A DNA stretch of 62,640 nucleotides, the filler included, from Basidiobolus ranarum (taxonomy: Eukaryota), in NCBI GenBank assembly GCA_040143965.1. It is 13 parts of 13 records of this genome, joined end to end, with 100 filler letters (N's around TTAATTAATTAA, not from the genome) between each part and the next. Parts side by side here need not be neighbours in the genome. Positions count along the whole stretch, not along the records: positions 1 to 4,748 come from JASJQH010008718.1; positions 4,849 to 9,590 come from JASJQH010008719.1; positions 9,691 to 14,425 come from JASJQH010008720.1; 10 more parts are not named here. The stretch is one strand, 5' to 3'. The notes under the pieces are model-generated. The model was not told the origin of the DNA and made no database searches. It saw only the letters and a program-made list of their open reading frames with translations. The translations under genes and the position numbers were made by a program. The first letter of the stretch is position 1, and each line of letters begins with the position of its first letter. This document shows, one piece after another, positions 1-10,701 of the stretch.

Positions 1-1227
1 TTTGAGCAAGTATTAAGTTGAACGATTCATTTATCAAGTGTAATCCCAAGTAATATGAAAACAAATATAAATCATTGTTAAAATACCAATCATGTTAATA
101 TTCTGCAGCAAGTTTTTTACATTATGATTGCAAATAACCCCTCTCCAGTTCATTCCGTACAGAATCAACATAAATCCAATATCATCATGATTTATTATTT
201 AAATGATAATTATACCTTGTTAAGCATGACTTGGGTTTTATATTAGTACTAATCAAATGATATAAAAGGTTCAATGGCCTCAGGAGTGTATAAACACTGG
301 AATTTAGCGCCTGATAATGAATATTTTCCGCTTTTAATGTATATTTATTTACCATTTAAAATATCAACATTCCAAGAATGTGAGAAAACCAAATATACAT
401 CCAACATTTCAGAAGTTTCCAAAATTTCTTCCCTAACTCTTGTAGGCCTCTAGCAGTACAAATCTTCTTATGTTTCACTTTATCTTGAGAAACAAGTTAA
501 AGTTTGAATTTTCAATTCAGTTATGTAATATGTGCAATATCAAAATACTACCAATCTTTTGAACTCCTTTAAATTATCTACAAATGAATTATGTACTAAC
601 CTTGCTTTTGAAATTAACCAAATTCATTTATGTATAGTTATAATTCAGATGAAAAATAATCAATTTTGTGAATTTGAATTAACTAACCAAACTCACATAT
701 CAAATACGCAATATATATGTGAATGATTTTTTTAGTAAAAACTAGAATGATCTTATGAAAATCATTTGAATAACTATGTTTAAGTGATTTTATCATCCAT
801 CAAAAATCATTGGCTTTTATTGAATCTGAGATCGTATTATTAGCGCTTCAATATTGGTTTTGATTATAGATGATTTATCTATTGCGCATACAAGCAATTA
901 ACATATGCTACTTGAGAATCCAACTATAATAAATGTCATTGATTTGTGGGAGATGGCTGTATGTTATATAGAACATAATTGACATGTGAGCGGAGAATAG
1001 AGTGGTGTACTTGTGCCTTCTTCATATTCCAGTGAATGTAGTCAAAATATTTCAATTAATCGCTACAAGAAAAGAAAAAAATGGCTCACTAGAATTGTTA
1101 CTAACTCTAATATAAATGAATAAATGATTATTACATTGAAAAAAAGATTTATTTCAAATTACAAAAGTTACAAATGCAAAGATAAAAGAAATATTGATAT
1201 ACTGTACGAGAGTTGATTCTAAAGAGA

Positions 1228-1867
1228 TCAAATTTCATAACCGAGGAGAATATACTTCGGGTTTTGCGAGTAGACCGAGGGATGAACCATTTCAAAGCCA
1301 GCGTACATAAAGGCTCGAATCAAATTAGGGGAGTCTGGGAGTTGCTTCTCTAAACAAACGACCAATTTATCACAATGTAAGAATTCCTCCGCAAGTTCCA
1401 AGATAGACATGATTGTCTCGCGGAACTCATTCTCCGCCCAATTTTCGTAGGCTGGAGGTTGTAGGAACATCGTACCGTTAGCAATGAATGCTAACCATTG
1501 ATTGATTGAATGGTCTTCTAGTTTACGTGAAGAAATCGCCAAGACTGCCGAGATATTTTGAAGTGATCCTTTGGGTTGCTTCATAAGATCGATAACGAAA
1601 TTAGAAGCACTGACCAAGTTGCGGTTCAATCCCTCGAAACTCCTTCCACCGCCGCCCGCTTCTGCAGTTGAAGGGGTGTCAAAAACACCACGTTGCCTTT
1701 TTGCCCAACGTATAATAGTAATTTTCTCTACTATTCGAGGCAGTGCGATACAAAGAGCATACGGCAAGGCAGTTGCTGCGGCTTGACTGGAGAAGACTTT
1801 CGGGAGTACTACGACTCATTTCCTGCATGGGTATTGACATTTCGGAACTTATATTAAGAGCAACCAT
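1228..1867 (-). CDS. OAZ1: Ornithine decarboxylase antizyme; ORF1 (1867-1679) joined to ORF2 (to 1228) by a programmed +1 frameshift
   Basis: ORF1 ends TGG-TGT-TTT-TGA-C. The +1 frame encodes the antizyme domain (FRETIMSILELAEEFLHCDKLVVCLEK...LIRAFMYAGFEMVHP...YILLGYEI). Confidence 0.95.
1679..1684 (-). promoter_or_regulatory. Antizyme +1 ribosomal frameshift site UUU-UGA
   Basis: Plus-strand tcaaaa reads TTT TGA on the minus strand at the end of ORF1. UUU-UGA is a known antizyme shift-site variant. Confidence 0.92.
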
Positions 1868-4575
1868 GATACTTGTCGTGTTCGTTGAAAGAAAATCTGA
1901 AGTGGGTTTTGAGTGGAAGTTTTGAAATAGAGTTGGAATATACGTTAGGAGTAGTACTGTTTAGTCGCAAAGATAGCTGATACTACTATTGGAGAGCTTA
2001 GGTTTGGAGGCCTTACTATAGATAGAAGAAGAAGAGAAAAGAAGAATCACCAAAAACTGGGCCAGCGCGTCTTACTTTGTGTTGATAATCCTAAGCTTGG
2101 ATTACCAAAAAGGTTTGGGTAGGTAGTAACGTAACGTTAAGTGTAAATAGCTTGCTTAGAAACGGACCAAGGAGGTCAGTTGTGTCTTGAAAGATTACTT
2201 TAAGATTTGTTTGTAACTTTGTTTAAAATACAGCTTTGTCCAGTGACGATGAGCTGAGTATTTGCAGTGGTAAATGTGGCGAAACTGTGGAGTTAGCTAG
2301 AGAGCTTGGATGAAAAGCTTATGATACCTAGAGGAAGACCTTGAATGTGGAATAATTCTGCGATCTTGCATTTTATATCACCTAATCAACCAGGGGGAGG
2401 GCAGCAACCATATCCCTTTTCTCCTGGGTTTCTGGTCTGCATGTGGTACAGTTCACTAGCATACACGTTGACCCATATCCAATCAATTGGCTCGATCTGA
2501 GGTGTCCTGATGATATGACAATTGGTTGAAGAACAACCAACAATATCGGCAATGCACCTACCGCTAATTTGCTTACTTGAAGGATCTTGATCACCCCAAC
2601 AGCTGTGGCGCCATTTACTGATGGGCCCTAGACCTCTAGAAATCCGCCGTCGCTTGAATTCCCAAAATATCTGGCAAATTACTGAGCTTTCATTCCCAAA
2701 ACATTCAGTTGTCGCAGCTTGAATATATCGTTTTATCGGAGATGTCTCTATGATTGGCTGAAAACCTGTTTATTCCATATCCATGGTGGTACAAATTGAG
2801 TGAAGTCATCTTCAAAGGAATTCCGACGTGTCATGAGGGATTTGATCCTGTGTTTTACATCGGCAACATTTTTGTAGCGTTGTGATTGGTGTTTCGCAAA
2901 CATATGGTGGCCATATGCATGACTCAATAGTTACTATATAGCTCAGATTATACGCTAACCATAAAGAGACAATGGCATGTGCGACATATATAATGGAGAG
3001 CAATATGAATTATTATATTATGAAATTAAGATTTGCACTCCAGTATTGATTCGCTTTATAAGTTGTAGAGATGTTTCATAAGCGTTATGTCCAATATGAA
3101 AAGGCTAGAGGGTTAGCAGAAGTTTGCATCTTGAATATCAGAATAAATGGTTGTATATTACTTCTGCTATATATATATATATTCTATAAAGCAATTGAAT
3201 AGTTTTGTATCTAGAATTTCCCGATAATTCTTAACAATGTATGTATTTCAGGAATGGGTTTCATTGCAAATCCTATGCAACTATCATAAACATTCATCTC
3301 TGCAACTCCACTGTTCTATCTTGTGTTCACATCAATTTGGCTAATGGGTTTGATCTTATTGGAATCATTGTTCAACGGTATTATGATACCTTGATGTATC
3401 TGCATATATTCTGTCTTTCACTGTAGCGTTTCATGTTTATTGGTGTCTGTTATGACCAGAATAATCCAATATATATGAGAGGGGTATCTATGCCTGCTAC
3501 ATCCAGTTAGTACAGTACATATACAGATATCATTCTAATATCTGTACTGTTCAATCTTTATATATCTTCCACATGATATAGTCATCAACTACTTCTGAGC
3601 ATTGGTCTATGATCTCAATGCCACTTTATCTGAGCTCTATCCACCCAATATCTGCGCTCTATCCAACCCAATATCTGCCCTCATTTGCTTGTACATCCTA
3701 TCATCATTGTAGATACTTAAGTGGAGTTCCTACCTAATCTCGCAACACTATTGATGTATATTCTTCCACTATTTGCTCCAAGTCAGTTAGTATCCGTTAA
3801 TCAAATATCACTTATTCAAAGTTGATAAAGTAAGGTTTCCAAATTGATCCCAAAATATCTCATTAGTGGCGAAATTATTCTGAATGTAATCTCATCTTTT
3901 ATGTCCATTAATATCTTGCTACATATAAATCCTTTTTTCAATCCACATCGTTCAAGCTCAAAATCAATCACTCCATTTCTTGAAGCTCCCTCTCTAAAAC
4001 TCTCACTTTAAGAAGGCTTAATACCCACTGACTCTGCGTTTCAACTGGGCCCTGCGTCGCAAATATATCTGTACTCATAGACAAATCACAAACTCTATTC
4101 CACAATTCGATATATCAAACTCCAACTATATGAAGAAATGTATAAATATTGTTGATTATAAGCCAAGATAAAAGTGCTGACTTTAATTTCATAAGCAACG
4201 GATACTAACTATTGCTTACCTAACTTGACCAAGTTAAAAACATATGTGTATAGCTAGCATCTAAGTAGCCTTGAAGTTGGAGAACTAAACATTTTTATTC
4301 TTTACCCTAAGCAGTATGGCTAGATAGATGTGTCTTTGACATTACCTCTTCAGGGATCAACACAAGTACTTTTACAACAAAATCAATTGCAGACGCCAAC
4401 TATTGGTATTGTAGACAGATATAGCATTAAAAACTGTAGTCATCATATTTACATATTCAGTATTAAAATTGTTGTAATCTTGGAGTCATTTGATTACTCA
4501 TGAATAGATATCCGAGCAACTATTTTTGTTTCAACTAATTGCTACAGTGGAGAGAAAAATCACAAACCTTTCCCC

Positions 4576-4748
4576 TGTTGAAATTGGCGTTGCCTAAACA
4601 CCCATATAGTCCTACCCTAACCCTAAGTCATATGTAGCTTGTTAAAGTATTTGGGAGCCTGTTGGAAGTGGTTTGGAGAATTAGAGGAATTGGTGGTTTT
4701 CACTTATTGATTTATTGAGTAGAAAGTTGACATTTATAGTTTTGTCAA
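4576..4748. mobile_element. Copia family A LTR 5' part (+, from 4576), interrupted by a second family A LTR in the opposite orientation (4640 to contig end)
   Basis: TGTTGAAATTGGCGTTGCCTAAACAC matches the LTR starts at 30274 and 39560. 4640-4748 matches the reverse complement of the LTR 3' half (cf. 56990-57100). Confidence 0.8.
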
Positions 4749-4848
4749 NNNNNNNNNNNNNNNNNNNNNNNNNNNNNNNNNNNNNNNNNNNNTTAATTAA
4801 TTAANNNNNNNNNNNNNNNNNNNNNNNNNNNNNNNNNNNNNNNNNNNN
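4749..4848. other. Artificial contig linker N44-TTAATTAATTAA-N44; also at 9591, 14426, 19260, 24093, 28923, 33749, 38571, 43393, 48208, 53021, 57833
   Basis: Identical 100-nt block with stops in all six frames, recurring about every 4.8 kb. Genes are cut at these points. Confidence 0.99.
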
Positions 4849-5623
4849 AATAACGCATCATGTCCACTCCGCGCTCCGGCGCTGAGCCACGCGTGATGAT
4901 GGTATAACCCCCGGCGGCGGTGGCCAACTCGGCACCAACTAACATCCTAATCATCCCCCCAGTCCCAACAGCACTTCCTGGTGACGTGACATTGATTTTT
5001 TCTTTTAGCTCAGCAATATTTGTGACTTTCGAGACTACTTTGGCGTCTGGGTTGCTTCTAGGGTTATCGGTGTATAGGCAGGCGACATCTGTCAGCAAGA
5101 ACAGATAGTCAGCCTGAACTATACCGGCGGTAATCGCACTCAGGGTATCATTATCACCGAAACGAATTTCATTCACACTTATCGTATCGTTTTCATTCAC
5201 CACTGGAATAACACCGGCAGCAAATAGCTCTTCAATCGCGTTTCTTGCATTCTTATAGCGAGTATGGTCCGCAAGATCCCCCTTCGTCAACAGAATTTGA
5301 GCGGTAGGCTGTTTAAATTGTTCGAAGAGTGATTCGTACAAGCTCATGAGCTTTCCCTGACCAGTTGCTGCTAATGCTTGCTTCTTGGCTAGCTCGTCAG
5401 GTTTAGTATCTATGTCGAGAGCTCGCATCCCAACACCTACAGCCCCACTAGTCGTCAACACAACACGATGCCCAATGTCTTTCAGCTTTATGATCGTTTC
5501 AACTATATGGGAAAGGTTTGCCAAGAGTGGGAAGTGGGTGATTTCATCACAGATCGAGGAGGTACCAAGTTTGAGGACGATGGTAAGCTTTCTGTTGGAG
5601 ATATTATTTTCTTCGTGAACCAT
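4849..5623 (-). CDS. PRO1: Glutamate 5-kinase, 3'-truncated by the contig end
   Basis: IVLKLGTSS, TSGAVGVG, VNENDTIS..EIRFGDNDTLSA, LLTDV..LY..NP and GTGGM motifs. Confidence 0.95.
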
Positions 5624-6069
5624 TTTGTATAAGCGGAAGAGTTTTGAGTTATAGTAACTCTATGGTTTTACAGCATGGTTATATACTCATGGCGAGTGCA
5701 GTGGTCTTTGATATGATCGAACATGATCGGACGCATTAAAGAAGATAACGCCATGTGTGAAAAGGTTACTTTGACGTCAAAATGATCAAAATGCCCTGTG
5801 CTTTATTAGACGATTGTCTGTTTTAAGGAACAGGCGAGAGGTCTTCCGATTGACTCCGATGATGTTTGTATAATTACGCATAGTTTAAGCTCGAATTGGT
5901 TGGAGAGTATGTAAAGTGAGCAATACTCAATATAGGATTTCTTTCTTCATAAACCGATGAACTAATGTGGTCCATATTAGGACTATCGATGCCAAGCGCT
6001 TTCTGTATTGAGATTAATATATGTGTTTGATACGGAATTTAATAGTTGCTTCATGGTATCGTAATGTTT

Positions 6070-6278
6070 CCATTTAAGTATTATGAGAATATTTTCACTT
6101 CAGTTGATTGAATTCCCCAGATTTATCTATCAGAGCTTACTAGCCCTACCAAACTTTAATTATCGATCGCGAGGTCATCACTGAATTCGTTGTACATTTG
6201 TTTCGTAAAGTGGCCAATGACAAATGGTATTCAAGTTCAGTTTCTCGTTGTTTCTAATTAGTATTTTAATTACACTAC
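6070..6278 (+). repeat. 209-bp direct repeat, copy 1
   Basis: Matches 8918-9126 apart from 4 substitutions counted by eye. Confidence 0.95.
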
Positions 6279-6379
6279 ATTGGATAGTTCAAACTAGGGC
6301 TAAATAGCCAAGGGTGGATAAGTTGGATGTATTCATAACTGCTGGTAATCTCACTAAACTTTCCATTTCTACTACAATT

Positions 6380-7719
6380 ATGTATCCACCACATTCAGGA
6401 AACCAATATCACCCAAATACTGATTCTTCGGGCTACCCTCCTCAACAGAACGCGGGTTATCCCCCTCAACAGAACACGGGTTATCCTCCTCAACAGAACG
6501 CAGGTTATCCTCCTCAACAGAACGCGGGTTATCCCTCTCAACAGAACGCGGGTTATCCTCCTCAACAAAGCACAGGTTATCCTCCTCAACAAAGCACAGG
6601 TTATCCTCCTCAACATAACACGGGCTATCCCCCTCAGCAGAATACTGGGTATCCACAAAGCTCCAATTTTCCAGCCCAACCTAGCCCTGGATATCCAGCT
6701 CAAATAAATTCTGGCTATCCACCACCTCCCCAGACTGGCTTCTCATCACCTGAAATCGGCTTTTCTCATCACAATAGTGACTATGCTCCACAACGCAATC
6801 AAAGCTATCCTCCAACAAATGTCGGATACCCTCCCACTCCTCAAACTGGACCTGGTGGATTTACTCCACCAATAGCTAGCACTGGGAGTTACTCACATAA
6901 CAATAACCCAATGCACAAACCAGCTTCGTCAAACCAGTCGTCTTCTGATTATCATCCTACAGGACTTCCTCCTCCCCCACCAGCTCCTCCAGGAACTCGT
7001 CCTGATTTTCCATTTAAATGGATTTATGCGAATAAAGGGTACGGACACACATTCTCTTTTCTCATTCGTTCCATTCTAATACCTTTGAATTGATAGCCTA
7101 ATTCCAGAAGGCTCCATTCCTCTGGGTAAAGAGTCGGACGGCGCCCTCTCGTATGCTGCTAGGTATACATTGAACAAACCTTGGCAACATCGAGATTGTA
7201 ATAACGTATCGCTTATTTTGTAGAGCATACCACCAAAAGAGTATACAAATTGGTCGCGTTACACCTGCGCTTCAAGGAGTCCGGGTTGGATTTGCAGGTA
7301 ATACTCATCTTCGTCTACAACTATTTCTACTTGATTTTAAGAACAATCTAACAACCGTCTATCTACAGGTGACTTTACAGTACTAAAAGATTATTACGTT
7401 CTCTGTGGTGACCCGAAGTTAACAAGATGGGTCGAACATAGTGGAACACTAAATTTAAATCAAGTATCTTTCAAGCCTATTGAATGTGGATTGGATATCA
7501 AAGGGGATCCAGTATGTTTGATTCATAGCTTACTAATTTATTCGTCACTGCTGAATCTAAAACTTCATTTCTTAGTTATATCTTGCCGCTATTGATTACA
7601 AGAATGGTCGATTCTTGGGTAAAGTTGGTACGCACACGCCAGGAATGCTTTATACTCGAAATGGAAAAGAACGTGCAGTTCCTCTCAACGAGACCTATTT
7701 GATCTTAGCTTACTCGTAG
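6380..7719 (+). CDS. Pro/Gly/Tyr/Gln-rich repeat protein with a C-terminal DM9-repeat (DUF3421-like) domain; exons 6380-7038, 7097-7162, 7224-7297, 7369-7511, 7576-7719
   Basis: Four GT-AG introns splice in frame to KW....G.IPEGSIPLGKESDG..SYAARA.....IQIGRV and a second similar repeat (RW...PIECGLDIKGDPLYLAAI....GRFLGKVG). Confidence 0.8.
6431..6646 (+). repeat. Coding minisatellite, 9 x 24 nt (GYPPQQ[NS][AT])
   Basis: Directly visible tandem repeats GG(T/C)TATCCTCCTCAACAGAACGCG with variants. Confidence 0.95.
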
Positions 7720-7910
7720 TTTTTGTCAAGTTAGGGTATATATCTAACGAATTTTTCCTACATACAAAATAGTGTATGGGAATGTATTGCTCTACCGGAG
7801 GTTTTTGAAGAATTAATTGTAGAAAAATAAACCATGTTGTCGATTCTATTCTTATGTAGTATGATTTGTCTGTTTATTAGTAAATCTTGGGTATCAGAAT
7901 AGTGAAGTTT

Positions 7911-8783
7911 CTAAAGCCACCAAAAGCTAATGGAAAAGCTGGTGTCTAAGGACTCTACATAATGCCAATATCCTTTGGGAATGTATAACATTTCACCTGG
8001 AGCAAGAATACACTCCTGGTATTTGGCTGTTTGAAATTTAGGATATCTGACATGGTCAACATTATCTAAATGTGTGATCCGACTCGTGTTCTTCTGGAAC
8101 AAGTTGTTAAAAGGATAGAGTTTCTCCTGCTCCGATGCGGGGTAAAGTCGAAGATATTTACGACCTAATACCTGAGTAAACAAATTATTGTAAGGATCCC
8201 GGTGCATTGGGGAAATTGTCCCTTTTGGCCCAAACCATCCATTCGTATGATATATGTCGTTACGACCGGCTCTACTATACTCTGGAAGTTGAAAATCTTG
8301 TTGAAGGCTAGGGATCTTGTATTGAGTTGATACAGTTCGTGAGAGGATCGTTTTGGTTATTTTTCCTATTTATCAAATTCAAATTAAGTTTAACTTTACC
8401 TTTTCAAAAAGTTGACACTGTGCAAGGTACCCAATACGCCCGCTTTTCTCTTCAGACTTTTTTTCAATGTAGGTCTCTATGAAATCTTTTAAAGGCAGGT
8501 AAGTTTGTTCGAAATTTGCGTCTGTATATACTCCAGTTTCTACTGGTACAACGACACTTCCGTGTTCAGTTTTCCAAAATTCTAAGTCTTCCCACTTCTT
8601 TAGTGCTGGCCAGTGTTTAGTGACTCCAGTGAGTATTACAGGTCCATTTGGAAGAATTGACCTTTTGAAGTCAGCAAAGGAAGGAGATTCGATCCTTTCA
8701 ATGTCCAAGGAAGGTGATATATGGTATCTTGAGAGCGTTGTGTAGGCGCGAGTTCTATGGAGTAACGAAATACACCGGTTCAT
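7911..8783 (-). CDS. JmjC (cupin-like) 2-oxoglutarate oxygenase, JMJD5/KDM8-like; exons 8783-8400 and 8315-7911 (262 aa)
   Basis: PVILTG...WPALKKW, VPVETG, GYLAQ.QLF, WFGPKGTISPMHRDPY.NL..QV.GRK, PGEMLYIP..YWHYV.SL..SFSISFWW. The HxD...H triad is intact. Confidence 0.9.
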
Positions 8784-8917
8784 TTTTTAACTTGACAATA
8801 TTCAAAGTTCTCAAAATTCAGCGAGCAAACAGCCTAGATATTCTTAGATCCTGTGTACATATCTCCATGAATCTAGCAAATTGAACCATAGTATTTTTAA
8901 TAAAATATATCTAGATG

Positions 8918-9126
8918 CCATTTAAGTATTATGAGAATGTTTTCACTTCAGTTGATTGAATTCCCCAGATTTATCCATCAAAGCTTACTAGCCCTACCAA
9001 ACTTTAATTATCGATCGCGAGGTCATCACTGAATTCGTTGCACATTTGTTTCGTAAAGTGGCCAATGACAAATGGTATTCAAGTTCAGTTTCTCGTTGTT
9101 TCTAATTAGTATTTTAATTACACTAC
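8918..9126 (+). repeat. 209-bp direct repeat, copy 2
   Basis: Near-identical to 6070-6278. Confidence 0.95.
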
Positions 9127-9690
9127 CTCAGATAAATATACAGGGTTTTAACCTAAAAATAAACGATTGCAAAAAATAATTAGACAATCATAGAAAGGCA
9201 TTCAGACGAATGTCAACAGTAAAACTAGACGTATATATTGAGGAATTTACGTTTGGTAGAAATATTTTACATTATCATAAAGCGAATCAAACAGAATCAA
9301 CTTTTTTAACTAAGCTATCTCGTTTCTTGATCATATCCACACATTGTTAGGAATTTAGTCAACTTAAATCATGTTCAATGAAATCAATTAAGACTGATTG
9401 GCTGAAAGTAGCGCATTTACACTTGATTCAATTTGCATACAAAGTGCGTCAGGCGAGAGAGAAAATAAACGCTTATAAAGAAGAATATTGCACTTATTAA
9501 ATTGGCGAATGCTCAACATATAGCAATTTATGAAAGCACCAAGATTCATACCATCTACATTAATAATGTAGCTCTTCACTTTCGAAATCGNNNNNNNNNN
9601 NNNNNNNNNNNNNNNNNNNNNNNNNNNNNNNNNNTTAATTAATTAANNNNNNNNNNNNNNNNNNNNNNNNNNNNNNNNNNNNNNNNNNNN

Positions 9691-9729
9691 GAAACTACAC
9701 TTGATCTTAGCCAAAAGGCCTGAGAGGAT
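9691..9729 (-). ncRNA. U2: U2 snRNA 5' end, truncated by the contig end
   Basis: Minus strand ATCCTCTCAGGCCTTTTGGCTAAGATCAAGTGTAGTTTC matches the conserved U2 stem I and branch-recognition region. A TATAAA lies about 32 nt upstream. Confidence 0.9.
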
Positions 9730-10538
9730 TGTAAGGTTTCCATGTTGATTGCCAAACGAATTTATATTTGCTGTGACCAAATGGGATTTGGCTTAAATTA
9801 TCAATGCTTCAAAATATTTTACTTTGAATATTCAATCAATCATCAAGCGTATATTATTGTATTAATATGAATACACCCCCTAAGGGATGTTTTCATTATT
9901 ATTTTCAAAAATAGAAGTTAACATCGTAACGCCAATCCCAAGCAATTATTGGAGAGAGTTGACTTTTACTTTCCACTTTGGTTCCTAATCTCCAAGTGGC
10001 ATCCTGGTGGAGAGTTAATTTTGAGTTGGTTTAGTCATACAGGGACTAAGCGCGAAGTTAGTAAGTCTATCCTCCATCCACTACCGATCCATTGCAATAG
10101 CTAATATTTCAAATTGAGCATCCATGACAAGAATGTCAAGGCAAGAATTTCAATTAAACATCAGATGCAGCGTTTCCTTTTGTGATATGATCCAGGTCAT
10201 ACCCAGAGATACAATTAAGTGATACTAATGGATGGAGTAGGGAAGACTTGTCTACTGTAAATCTATCGTATATAAATATGTTACATGAACATAGATGGGT
10301 TAGGGTTATCTACGATAATTTCAATGTTAAGCGGTTTGATGAGATTCTCACAGTATTAATAGAATCTGTGGTGAATACCTAATTATAGTATTGGTCGTTT
10401 ATTTCGTACTAAGAGTGCTTAAACTATTAGATTAAAATACTCTGTATCTCTTATTATTTGGCATAGGAATAAACTTAGTGTGGCAAAGTCTGTCTCTTTA
10501 GTATAAAATGAATATATTGGAGCTATTGAAAGTCGTGT

Positions 10539-10701
10539 TGTTGAAAATGATATGGCTTACTTGAACATATTCTACATGTTGGTTTGTCTACTTCTTGACA
10601 AAACTATAAATATTAACATACACTCAATAAATCATTAAGTGAAAACCACTAACTCTTCTTGTTCTCCAAATAACTTCCAACAACTCCCAAAATACTTCAA
10701 A
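10539..10701 (+). mobile_element. Degenerate, internally deleted copia family A LTR
   Basis: TGTTGAAAAT start, then CTTGACAAAACTATAAA...CTCAATAAATC..TAAGTGAAAACCAC...TTCTCCAAA as in 30274-30613. Confidence 0.7.

Noticed and set aside
3240-3960. CpG-poor stretch with a short tandem repeat, possibly a gypsy gag/protease relic
   Set aside because: No motif could be read with confidence; needs a translated HMM search.
4793-4804. Regularly spaced TTAATTAATTAA palindromes (CRISPR-like or regulatory array?)
   Set aside because: Always embedded in N runs; an artificial six-frame-stop linker. ORFs ending X..XLIN are artefacts.
4849-4960. GC-rich, divergent tail of PRO1 (MIRMLVGAELATAAGGYT...)
   Set aside because: At a contig end, with scattered departures from the conserved motif; most likely low-quality read sequence.
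6378-6703. Minus-strand repetitive ORFs (RRITRVLL / VEEDNPRS)
   Set aside because: Antisense shadows of the GYPPQQ coding minisatellite.
1228-9590. Apparent polyamine/proline cluster (antizyme near PRO1) and other cross-contig gene neighbourhoods
   Set aside because: The genes lie on different contigs joined by linkers, so there is no evidence of real linkage.
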